This document shows positions 54,205 through 64,000 of a DNA stretch of 64,000 nt, one piece after another; the first letter of the stretch is position 1, and the number at the start of each line of letters is the position of its first letter. The DNA is from Octopus vulgaris (taxonomy: Eukaryota). Both the position numbers and the translations under genes were made by a program. The notes beneath the pieces were generated by a model, which worked only from the letters and a program-made list of their open reading frames with translations, made no database searches and was not told where the DNA came from. The DNA lies in NCBI GenBank assembly GCA_951406725.2, contig OX597818.1:147002001-147066000 (forward strand), read 5' to 3'.

Positions 54205-54360
54205 CTTTATAGTAGACTGAGATGAAAGTAACTCCTGGAAACATGGACTCAATCTTCTTGGTTAATGAACTTCTTTCAACAAGCTGAGCCTGAGTATTCC
54301 ACACTTGAAGTATGTCATCCCGACCTCGTATGCTACAACTCACTCCTCCAATTTCATCCC
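54205..54360 (-). CDS. EIF4E3: eIF4E type 3, penultimate coding exon: DEIGGVSCSIRGRDDILQVWNTQAQLVERSSLTKKIESMFPGVTFISVYYK
   Basis: Minus-strand acceptor ccttttttacag|GG and donor AAAG|gttagt; 156 nt, phase 1/1. By eye it matches vertebrate eIF4E3 '[21 protein letters not shown]...ITFKAVFYK'. Confidence 0.9.
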
Positions 54361-54573
54361 CTGTAAAAAAGGTAATAGATGCTGTGAACTTTATGAGTGT
54401 GCATGCATATATATATATATATATAATATATTATATATATATGTAATATATATTATATATATGTAATATATATATAATATATTATATATATGTAATATAT
54501 ATATATATTATATATATAATATATATATAATATATATAATATATATATAATATATATAATATATAGTCCTTGG

Positions 54574-54667
54574 CTTTTCTGCTGACGAGGCAACGCCAGT
54601 GGTAAATAAATTAATTAAATTAATTTATTTACAAAAGATTGCCGAAACTATGCATAGTCCAGAAAAG
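54574..54667 (+). ncRNA. Canonical type I hammerhead ribozyme (GUC site)
   Basis: Stem I CTTTTCTG/CAGAAAAG (8 bp); core CTGACGA; stem II GGCAA/TTGCC extended by GTAAATAAATT/AATTTATTTAC; GAAA; stem III ACTA-TGCA-TAGT; C17 at 54659. Confidence 0.9.
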
Positions 54668-54817
54668 AAAAGGTAAACGTTTTTATTTCTCTTTCCATTT
54701 CAGAATTACAACTATTAGTGGTTTGGAGTTTGGCTGCTCTTTCTAGTGAGTCGGATGTCCTATTATGGCCGTCGCTTATATGTTTGATAATATATATAAT
54801 ATATATATATATATATA

Positions 54818-55213
54818 TCTTTATATATAAAAGTGAGGTTGTGTGCTGTCTATCTCCTACGATTTAGATTCCTAACTACTCCCACATTTTGCAGTGCAGT
54901 TTAACCAAAAACGGGTATCTTATAGTCGTGATTCATATCGAGCCCTTCTGGGTATTAGCGCGCGTCTACGATGAGTCTACAATTTAAAAAAAAAATTACC
55001 ATCAATTTCTCCCATTTTTAATGCATTTTTGGCATATATAAGGGAAGTAACTCTCTAAAAATTTATTATTAAATCTCAGAACGTAAAAAGCTACAGTAAC
55101 ACCCCCCCTTTGTGGTTAGCCATATTGAGATGGCTATTATACTTTACATCTCTAAAACTGCTTATATAGTTATTTCCCTTACAAACCCGAGCAACGTCGG
55201 GCGATACTGCTAG
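54818..55213 (+). mobile_element. Non-autonomous Helitron
   Basis: 5' TC(tttatatataaaa); 3' hairpin cccgagcaacgtcggg about 12 nt before terminal CTAG; inserted between A and T with no TSD. Confidence 0.8.
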
Positions 55214-56016
55214 TATTATATATAATATATATATATTATATATATAATATATATATATATTATATATATATATATTATATATAATATATATATATTATAT
55301 ATATATATATATATTATACAATATATATATATTCGAGACCTTTGGAAATATGCTGTACGTGAGAAGACCAGGCAGGACAAGTGAGCCCAGCCCACTTATG
55401 CATGCCTTTCCTCCCTTGGACACAAAGATCTGTTGAGGCAAGCGAAGTCGATATCGAACCTCATCCGACGACAGGCACCCATGCCAACCCCCTTTGCTTG
55501 TGAAGACATGTTGGGGCAAGTGAAATCGAAATCAGAATTGAAATTGAACCAATCCTATGACTGGCACCCGGCAGATGCCAGGACCCCTGGACTGGTGGTA
55601 CGTAAAAAGCACTATCCGAATCGTGGCTGATGCCAGCACCGCCTCGACTGGCTTCCATGCCGGTGGCACGTAAAATGCACCAATCCGACCGTGGCCGTTG
55701 CCAGCCTTGCCTGGCACCTGTGCGGGTGGCACGTAAAAAGCACCCACTACACTCACGGAGTGGTTGGCGTTAGGAAGGGCATCCAGCTATAGAAACATTG
55801 CCAGATAAGACTGGAGCCTGGTGCAGCCTTCTGGCTTCCCAGATCCCCGGTCAAACCGTCCAACCCATGGTAGCATGGAGAACGGACGTTAAACGATGAT
55901 GGTGATGATGATGATATATATATTATATATAATATATATATATTATATTATATTATATATATATATATATTATATAATATATATATATATATATTATATA
56001 ATATATATATATATAT

Positions 56017-56598
56017 GAGGCAAGTGGAAATCAGAAATCAGAACCAAAATCGAAGTCGATCAACATCAATGGAAATTGCAGCTGTGATACCAGTGCCGGT
56101 GGCACGTAAGTGAACAATCTGATCGTGGCCGTTGCCAGCGCCGCCCCGACTGGCCTCCGTGCCGGTGACATGTAAAAAGCACCATCTGATCGTGGCCGTT
56201 GCCAGCCTCGCCTGGCCCCCATCCCGGTTGCACATAAAAAGCACCACCCACCCGTGGCCGTTGCCAGCGCCGCCCCAACTGGCCTCCGTGCTGGTGGCAT
56301 GTAAAAAGCACCATCCGATCGTGGCTGTTGCCAGCCTCGTCTGGCCCCCATGCCGGTGGCACGTAAAAAGCACCATCCATCCGTGGCCGTTTGCCAGCCC
56401 CGTCTGGCACCTGTGCCTGTGGCACATAAAAAGCACCCACTACACTCACGGAGTGGCTGGCGTTAGGAAGGGCATCCAGCCATAGAAACATTGCCAGATC
56501 AGACTGGGCCTGGTGCAACCTTCTGGCTCCCCAGACCCCAGTTGAACCGTCCAACCCATGCTAGCATGGAAAGCGGACGCTAAACGATGATGATGATG
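56017..56598 (+). mobile_element. RTE-associated 3' region with internal ~65-bp minisatellite (related copies at 55335-55915 and 62468-62830)
   Basis: Repeated tgccggtggcacgtaaaaagcaccatccgatcgtggccgttgccagc units upstream of the RTE tail. Confidence 0.75.
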
Positions 56599-56739
56599 AA
56601 TATATATAATATATATATATTATATATATATATAATATATATATTATATATAATATCCTTAAATCCCCTTAAATCCTTAAAAGTGTTTCAGCCCGAAAGC
56701 TGCGGCCATGCTGGGGCATCACCGTTGAATGAGCTACAC

Positions 56740-57445
56740 TAGTATGTGAAACCACCTCTGAAACGTGGCACTTGAGCAACAAGGGAGTTCAACAAATCTG
56801 CCTGCATCTGTGTTTCCTGCCGAGAAGCAGGTTCATTTGGAATCCCTGACAAGTGATCCAGTTTAGTTTTAAAGAAACCCACATCCACACCATGCAGGTC
56901 TCTCAGGCATTTAGGAAGGATATTGAAGAGCTGTGGTCCCCTGAAACCCAAGCTGTTGCAATATCTGATCCTGTATTTTGATGATGATGTTGGGATCTTT
57001 GGCACCATCCAATGGCGCCCCGTTCTGCTGTTGGGGTAACTTTGAATGCCAAAATTAAGGACAAGACCCTCCAGGATTTTTCAGATGTATATCACTGCAT
57101 ATCTCTCCCGCTTTCACTCCAGGGAGAAGAGTTTTAATTCTTTCATTCTTTCCCAGTAGCTGATATGTTGCATTGAGACAATCTTCTTAGTGTAGCTTCA
57201 TTGGATAGCTTCGAGTTCTGCTGTTAACTTTATATTGTGTCATGACCATAGTTGGGAGCAGTTATGTCATCTATATAGCTAGCAAGGGTGGTCATCTTAG
57301 CAACTGAGGGCATGTCTGAAAGGGCCACTATGAACAGCAGTGGCCCCAAGACAGTGCCCTGTGGAACACCGCTTGTTATTTGTGTTTCTTTGGAGATGGC
57401 TCCATTGACCACAACTGCCTGCCTTCTATCTTTTAGGAAGTTGTG
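56740..57445 (-). mobile_element. CR1/L2-group LINE fragment (internally deleted)
   Basis: RRQAVVVNG...SGVPQGTVLGPLLF...YIDD, and C-terminal GPQLFNILP...FKTKLD. Confidence 0.8.
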
Positions 57446-57449
57446 CAGC

Positions 57450-58145
57450 GACTCTCCAATTATGGGTGCACTTGGCTTCATGGGTTCTCTCAAGCACAGC
57501 ACATTGCCAAAGGTCTCAGTTACTAGTTATTGCTTGTGTGAGGTTCAAAGTTTGAAGATCATGCTTCACCACCTCACCTCATGTCTTCTTGGGTCTACCT
57601 CTACCACAGGTTTCCTCCACAGAGATCGGTACTTCTTTACACAGCTGTCCTCATTCATACACATCACATGACCATACCAGTGCAGTCATCTCTCTTGCAC
57701 ACTACATCTGATGCCTTTTATGCCTAATTTTCTCTCAAGATGCTTACACTCTGTCAAACATGCACACTGACATTGCATATCCAGTGAAGCATACTGGCTT
57801 CATTTCTTTCATGCCTATGCATGTCCTTGGCTGTCACAGCCCATGTTTCATTAACATACAGCATAGCTGTTCGCATCAAACAATCTGCCTTTCACTCTGA
57901 GAGAGAGGCCCTTTGTTGCCATAAGGGGTTGGAGATCTCTAAACTTTGCCCAGCCTCATCTTATTCCTATGGCTATGCTCTAGGAGCATCCAACTCACTA
58001 CAAACTTGGTCACCTAGATAATGAAAGCTATCTACTACCTCTAGCATGCCCCCCAGGCAGTTAATGGAGTCTATTTTCTGCACATTTTCAGCGTATGGTA
58101 TATCAATGCATCTTCCACATCCAAAAGTTAGGTTCCCTGTTAACA
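57450..58145 (-). mobile_element. Decayed RTE LINE 3' part
   Basis: LEVVDSFHYLGD; homologous to 62900-63490 and 51700-51970. Confidence 0.75.
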
Positions 58146-58216
58146 TAAACATACATACATATATATACAGATACGCACACACACATATATATATATATAC
58201 ACATACATATATATAC

Positions 58217-58256
<40 letters not shown>

Positions 58257-58789
58257 ACATATATATATATACATATATATATACACATATATACATATAT
58301 AACCTTAGCATTTGATTTTTTGATGTCCTTACCCCCAAACTTTTGTGAGTTGAATTAAGCAAACACTATATATGAGAGAGATTTTCTTTAAGTATTAGAA
58401 ATAGCTTTAAAAAGTTTTTTAGCTGCTATTTCTAATGAGTTCAGTATGCGGCAAAGTAATTTATTTTACTAAGCCCTTTTATATAATGTAATAATTTGAA
58501 TTCGCCTTAAATGGTCCCTTTGCATACTGAACACTTGGTGAAATTGATTAATAATTAATTAATTTTACCCTCAATTGTTGAAATTATAATTAATCTCCCT
58601 CTAATTAATGCTTCGGATTTTACCGAAATAAGCATAGTGTTTGATGATTTTAACCCACGCTGGTGGAAAGGGGAGAACAGAAATTCTTCGCTTGCTTATT
58701 TGGGTTTGTTGGCACTGTTAGTTACGAGCGGATCTTCGAAAGGGTATGTTCTTACTTTCAGTGTTTCCAAATCCAAACCAAGGAGTTTC

Positions 58790-58841
58790 TGAGCTGATGA
58801 TAGAAGTGTTGTTTTGACTAATCTTGAAACGTACGTTCTCA
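58790..58841 (+). ncRNA. Type I hammerhead ribozyme motif, array copy 1
   Basis: Stem I TGAG/CTCA; core CTGATGA; stem II AGA-AGT/ACT-AA-TCT closed by U.U; GAAAC-GTAC-GT-T (2-bp stem III with palindromic loop). Predicted cleavage after 58837. Confidence 0.75.
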
Positions 58842-59175
58842 AATAACCTTAGCATTTGATTTTTTGATGTCCTTACCCCCAAACTTTTGTGAGTTGAATT
58901 AAGCAAACACTATATATGAGAGATTTTCTTTAAGTATTAGAAATAGCTTTAAAAAAGTTTTTTAGCTGCTATTTCTAATGAGTTCAGTATGCGGCAAAGT
59001 AATTTATTTTACTAAGCCCTTTTATATAATGTAATAATTTGAATTCGCCTTAAATGGTCCCTTTGCATACTGAACACTTGGTGAAATTGATTAATAATTA
59101 ATTAATTTTACGAGCGGATCTTCGAAAGGGTATGTTCTTACTTTCAGTGTTTCCAAATCCAAACCAAGGAGTTTC

Positions 59176-59227
59176 TGAGCTGATGATAGAAGTGTTGTTT
59201 TGACTAATCTTGAAACGTACGTTCTCA
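59176..59227 (+). ncRNA. Type I hammerhead ribozyme motif, array copy 2
   Basis: Identical to copy 1. Confidence 0.75.
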
Positions 59228-59720
59228 AATAACCTTAGCATTTGATTTTTTGATGTCCTTACCCCCAAACTTTTGTGAGTTGAATTAAGCAAACACTATA
59301 TATGAGAGAGATTTTCTTTAAGTATTAGAAATAGCTTTAAAAAAGTTTTTTAGCTGCTATTTCTAATGAGTTCAGTATGCGGCAAAGTAATTTATTTTAC
59401 TAAGCCCTTTTATATAATGTAATAATTTGAATTCGCCTTAAATGGTCCCTTTGCATACTGAACACTTGGTGAAATTGATTAATAATTAATTAATTTTACC
59501 CTCAATTGTTGAAATTATAATTAATCTCCCTCTAATTAATGCTTCGGATTTTACCGAAATAAGCATAGTGTTTGATGATTTTAACCCACGCTGGTGGAAA
59601 GGGGAGAACAGAAATTCTTCGCTTGCTTATTTGGGTTTGTTGGCACTGTTAGTTACAAGCGGATCTTCGAAAGGGTATGTTCTTACTTTCAGTGTTTCCA
59701 AATCCAAACCAAGGAGTTTC

Positions 59721-59772
59721 TGAGCTGATGATAGAAGTGTTGTTTTGACTAATCTTGAAACGTACGTTCTCA
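59721..59772 (+). ncRNA. Type I hammerhead ribozyme motif, array copy 3
   Basis: Identical to copy 1. Confidence 0.75.
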
Positions 59773-60108
59773 AATAACCTTAGCATTTGATTTTTTGATG
59801 TCCTTACCCCCAAACTTTTGTGAGTTGAATTAAGCAAACACTATATATGAGAGAGATTTTCTTTAAGTATTAGAAATAGCTTTAAAAAAGTTTTTTAGCT
59901 GCTATTTCTAATGAGTTCAGTATGCGGCAAAGTAATTTATTTTACTAAGCCCTTTTATATAATGTAATAATTTGAATTCGCCTTAAATGGTCCCTTTGCA
60001 TACTGAACACTTGGTGAAATTGATTAATAATTAATTAATTTTACGAGCGGATCTTCGAAAGGGTATGTTCTTACTTTCAGTGTTTCCAAATCCAAACCAA
60101 GGAGTTTC

Positions 60109-60160
60109 TGAGCTGATGATAGAAGTGTTGTTTTGACTAATCTTGAAACGTACGTTCTCA
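60109..60160 (+). ncRNA. Type I hammerhead ribozyme motif, array copy 4
   Basis: Identical to copy 1. Confidence 0.75.
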
Positions 60161-60653
60161 AATAACCTTAGCATTTGATTTTTTGATGTCCTTACCCCCA
60201 AACTTTTGTGAGTTGAATTAAGCAAACACTATATATGAGAGAGATTTTCTTTAAGTATTAGAAATAGCTTTAAAAAAGTTTTTTAGCTGCTATTTCTAAT
60301 GAGTTCAGTATGCGGCAAAGTAATTTATTTTACTAAGCCCTTTTATATAATGTAATAATTTGAATTCGCCTTAAATGGTCCCTTTGCATACTGAACACTT
60401 GGTGAAATTGATTAATAATTAATTAATTTTACCCTCAATTGTTGAAATTATAATTAATCTCCCTCTAATTAATGCTTCGGATTTTACCGAAATAAGCATA
60501 GTGTTTGATGATTTTAACCCACGCTGGTGGAAAGGGGAGAACAGAAATTCTTCGCTTGCTTATTTGGGTTTGTTGGCACTGTTAGTTACAAGCGGATCTT
60601 CGAAAGGGTATGTTCTTACTTTCAGTGTTTCCAAATCCAAACCAAGGAGTTTC

Positions 60654-60705
60654 TGAGCTGATGATAGAAGTGTTGTTTTGACTAATCTTGAAACGTACGT
60701 TCTCA
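60654..60705 (+). ncRNA. Type I hammerhead ribozyme motif, array copy 5
   Basis: Identical to copy 1. Confidence 0.75.
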
Positions 60706-61072
60706 AATAACCTTAGCATTTGATTTTTTGATGTCCTTACCCCCAAACTTTTGTGAGTTGAATTAAGCAAACACTATATATGAGAGAGATTTTCTTTAAG
60801 TATTAGAAATAGCTTTAAAAAAGTTTTTTAGCTGCTATTTCTAATGAGTTCAGTATGCGGCAAAGTAATTTATTTTACTAAGCCCTTTTATATAATGTAA
60901 TAATTTGAATTCGCCTTAAATGGTCCCTTTGCATACTGAACACTTGGTGAAATTGATTAATAATTAATTAATTTTACCCTCAATTGTTGAAATTATATAT
61001 ATATACATATATATATACATATATATACATATATATATATATACATATACATATATATATATATACATATAC

Positions 61073-61176
<104 letters not shown>

Positions 61177-61408
61177 ACATACATATACATATATATACAT
61201 ACATATACATATATATACATACATATATACATATATATATATACATATATACATATACATATATATACATATATATATATACATATATACATATATACAT
61301 ATACATACATATATATACATATACATATATATACATATACATATATATATTACGGAGATGTACTCGCATAGCAAGTAATTTGATCTGAGATCGTGTGCTG
61401 AAACGAAA

Positions 61409-61702
61409 ACAATTGCAGCGTGGAAGGTGTTTATAAGCCATTTAAGAAACACACAAAGGCCGTTCGATTCACTCCAACATTTAAGTTTAATTTGTCAAAA
61501 TATTTTCGTCACTAAAATCCGCGACCTGTTCACTGACAAAGTCCGTGCTGCATCACGGAGCAGCACGGACTTTGTCAGTGAACAGGTCGTGGATTTTAGC
61601 GACGAAAATATTTTGACAAATTAAACTTAAATGTTGAAGTGAATCGAACGGCTTTTGTGTGTTTCTTAAATGGCTTATAAACACCTTCCACGCTGCAATT
61701 GT
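61409..61702. repeat. Near-perfect palindrome (143-bp arms, 8-bp spacer); each arm carries a minimal HHR-like motif
   Basis: acaattgcagcgtggaagg... (61409-61551) is the reverse complement of 61560-61702 with few mismatches. Bounded by (TA)n tracts. Confidence 0.9.
61571..61620 (+). ncRNA. Minimal hammerhead-like motif with G3-C8 core (mirror copy on - at 61491-61540)
   Basis: TTTGTCA-GTGAACA-G-GTCG..CGAC-GAAA-ATAT-T-T-TGACAAA: 7-bp stem I, 1-bp stem III with palindromic tetraloop. Confidence 0.55.
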
Positions 61703-61750
61703 ACATATATATACATATATATACATATATATACATATATATATATATAC

Positions 61751-61784
<34 letters not shown>

Positions 61785-62467
61785 CATCATCATCGTTTAA
61801 CGTCCGTTCTCCATGCTAGCATGGGTTGGACGGTTCGACCGGGGATCTGGGAAGCCAGAAGGCTGCACCAGGCTACGGTCTTATCTGGCAATGTTTCTAC
61901 AGCTGAATGCCCTTCCTAACACCAACCACTCCGTGAGTGTAGTGGGTGCTTTTTACGTGCCACCTGCACTGGTGCCAGGCAAACTGGCATCGGCCACGGT
62001 CGTACTGGTGCATTTTACGACCGATATAAAATCAACACCATCTAATGTCCACTTTTCAATGCTGGCATAGGTTACATGGAATTTAGTGAGGCAGATTTCT
62101 TATGACCAGATGCCCTTCATGTCACCAACTCTCGCCTGTCTCCAAGCAAAGTAATATTTCCCATGGCCAGATGTGTTTTACATGGAAGACTGGAAGTGAA
62201 CAGCATTCATTGCTTGTTTGATGGTGATGCTCACAGACAACCATCAATGGAAATCTCAGGACAAAAATACACACATAAACACACACACATATTTAAGCAA
62301 ACACACAATGCGCTTCTTTCATTTTCCATCTGCCAAATTTACCCAAAAGGTTTTGGTCAGCTTGGGGCTATAGCAGAAAATACTTGTCCAAGGTGCCACT
62401 TAGTGAAACATGGTTGGCAAGCAAGCTTCTTAACACAGCCACATGCAATAAGCTCATTATTTTAAGA

Positions 62468-63490
62468 TCATCATCATCACCGTTTAACGTCCGTTTTCTG
62501 TGCTAGCAAAGGTTGGATGGTTTGACCAGGGTCTGGGAAGCCAGGAGGCTGCACCAGGCTCTAGTCTGATCTGGCAGTGTCTCTACAGCTAGATGCCCTT
62601 CCTAATGCCAACCACTCCATGAGTGTAGTGGGTGCTTTTTACATGCCACTAGGGAAGGCTGGCAGTGGCCACGATCGGTTGGTGCTTTTTATATGCCACT
62701 GGCACAGAAGCCAGTCAAGGCAGCGCTGGCATCGGCCATGTTTGGATGGTGCTTTTTACATGCCACCGGCACAGGTATCACAACTACCATTTCCATTTGA
62801 TATTTATTTTGATGTTGATGTACTTGACTCAATAGGTCTCCTCAAGCACAGCAGGTCACCCAATGATCCAAGGTAAGCACAGCAGATCGTTCTGCAATCC
62901 AAGGTACTTTGGATGGGCTGGGGCTGCTATGCGAAACTGGTGCAGGAAGCAGCCATGAACTCACATTATTTGTCGGGTCTTTGCAGTCACAGCATATCTC
63001 CAGAGATCTCGGTCTTTCATCATTGCCTCTGTGAGGCTCAACGTTCGAAGGTCATACTTGACTACTTCATCCCATGTCTTCCTGGGTCTACCTCTCCCCC
63101 GGATACATTCAACTGTTTGGGAGTGGCACTTCTTCACACGTCTGTCCTCATCCATCCACAGTACATGACCATACCAGCACAAACATCTCTCTTGCACACC
63201 ACATCTGATGCTTCTTATGTCCAGCATTTCTCTCAGTTCGCTTACACTCAGTTGTGTGTGCACACTGACATTACAATCCAGCGGATCATGCTAGCTTCAT
63301 TTCTTTCAAGTCTACGCATGTCTTCTGTAGTCACTACCGTGAAGCATGGCAGTTCGCACAGATGCATCGTACAATCTACCTTTCACTCTGAACAAGAGAC
63401 TCTCTGTCACCTGTAGGGGTTGGAGCTTTCTAAACTCTGCCCAGGCTATTCGTATTCTAGTGGTGACACTCTCTGAACATCCACCTCCAC
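62468..63490 (-). mobile_element. RTE LINE 3' end with C-terminal ORF remnant and (GAT)n tail
   Basis: WYGHVLWMDEDRRVKKC...GRGRPRKTWDEVV..DL...MKDRDLWR. Confidence 0.85.
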
Positions 63491-64000
63491 TATGATTATA
63501 TCATCATCACTGCAATGTGCCAATGAAGGAAGGTCCATATGATCAGTCAACCTGCAAGAAATAGCCAAATCTTTCTCAAATCAAACCATAGCCAACTTTA
63601 ACCCTTTAGTATTCACATTATTGTATCAAAAGTATTGCTTATTTTTAATTCACATTCTTTTGAATTAATCATGAATTATCTTGTAGTTGCAAGATTTTGA
63701 TAAGGTAACTATTAATTTTTAGAATATTGCAGGGGTAGTGTGAGAAGCCAGATCTGGCCAGTTTAAACATAAAACAGGCAGGACATTTTGGCCAGATATG
63801 GTCAATTTCAATGTTGATGAGTTAAGGTAAAAATGGATACACTGGATATTGTTGTCTTAGATACACTTTTTGTGAAAGAAAACAAACAAGATGGTCATGA
63901 CTGGAATGCTTTTGACCATTGGTCAGCTTAATCAGAACTGACCTGGGGCTACAGAATGACAACAACAATCATCATCATCATTTCAATGATTGTATCAATG

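Larger units (their letters stand above)
58301..60997 (+). repeat. Hammerhead-containing tandem array; alternating ~545-bp and ~388-bp units (higher-order period 933 bp)
   Basis: The unit start aaccttagca recurs at 58301, 58845, 59231, 59776, 60164 and 60709 (spacings 544, 386, 545, 388, 545). Flanked on both sides by (TA/TACA)n. Confidence 0.95.

Noticed and set aside
58432-58545. Second hammerhead in the array unit (CTAATGA...stem...GAAA)
   Set aside because: G5 is replaced by A and GAAA lies 7 nt away from the stem; treated as a plain hairpin.
58718-60770. Repeated 62-64-aa ORFs '[17 protein letters not shown]...' on the minus strand
   Set aside because: By-products of the tandem array: non-ATG starts, no recognisable domain, and ends that vary with the deletion.
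58301-60997. CRISPR-like array
   Set aside because: Units are hundreds of bp with identical intervening sequence, in a eukaryotic context with no cas genes.

Overview
AT-rich, microsatellite- and repeat-dense animal genomic DNA. The SINE/RTE families look like those of octopods (Octopus sp.); this is an inference from the repeats. Two convergent spliced genes, both missed by the ORF track, were read directly from the sequence. (1) The last five coding exons of a PKA type II regulatory subunit gene on + (1216-14110). (2) The last two coding exons of a class III cap-binding protein, eIF4E-3, on - (54360-54205 and 49738-49683). The rest is SINEs, RTE/CR1/RLE LINE fragments, mariner/hAT/Helitron derivatives and simple repeats. 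The most interesting signal is a set of type I hammerhead ribozyme (HHR) motifs in elements embedded in (TA)n tracts. A 2.7-kb tandem array of alternating ~545/~388-bp units carries five identical HHR motifs (58301-60997; retrozyme or Penelope pLTR-like). There is also a canonical GUC hammerhead (54574-54667), a 294-bp palindrome with a G3-C8 swapped-core HHR-like motif in each arm, and a Penelope GIY-YIG 3' fragment with its own minimal HHR. Nearly all of these motifs lie antisense to the host gene whose intron they occupy. No folding program or database search was run; all pairings were read by eye.
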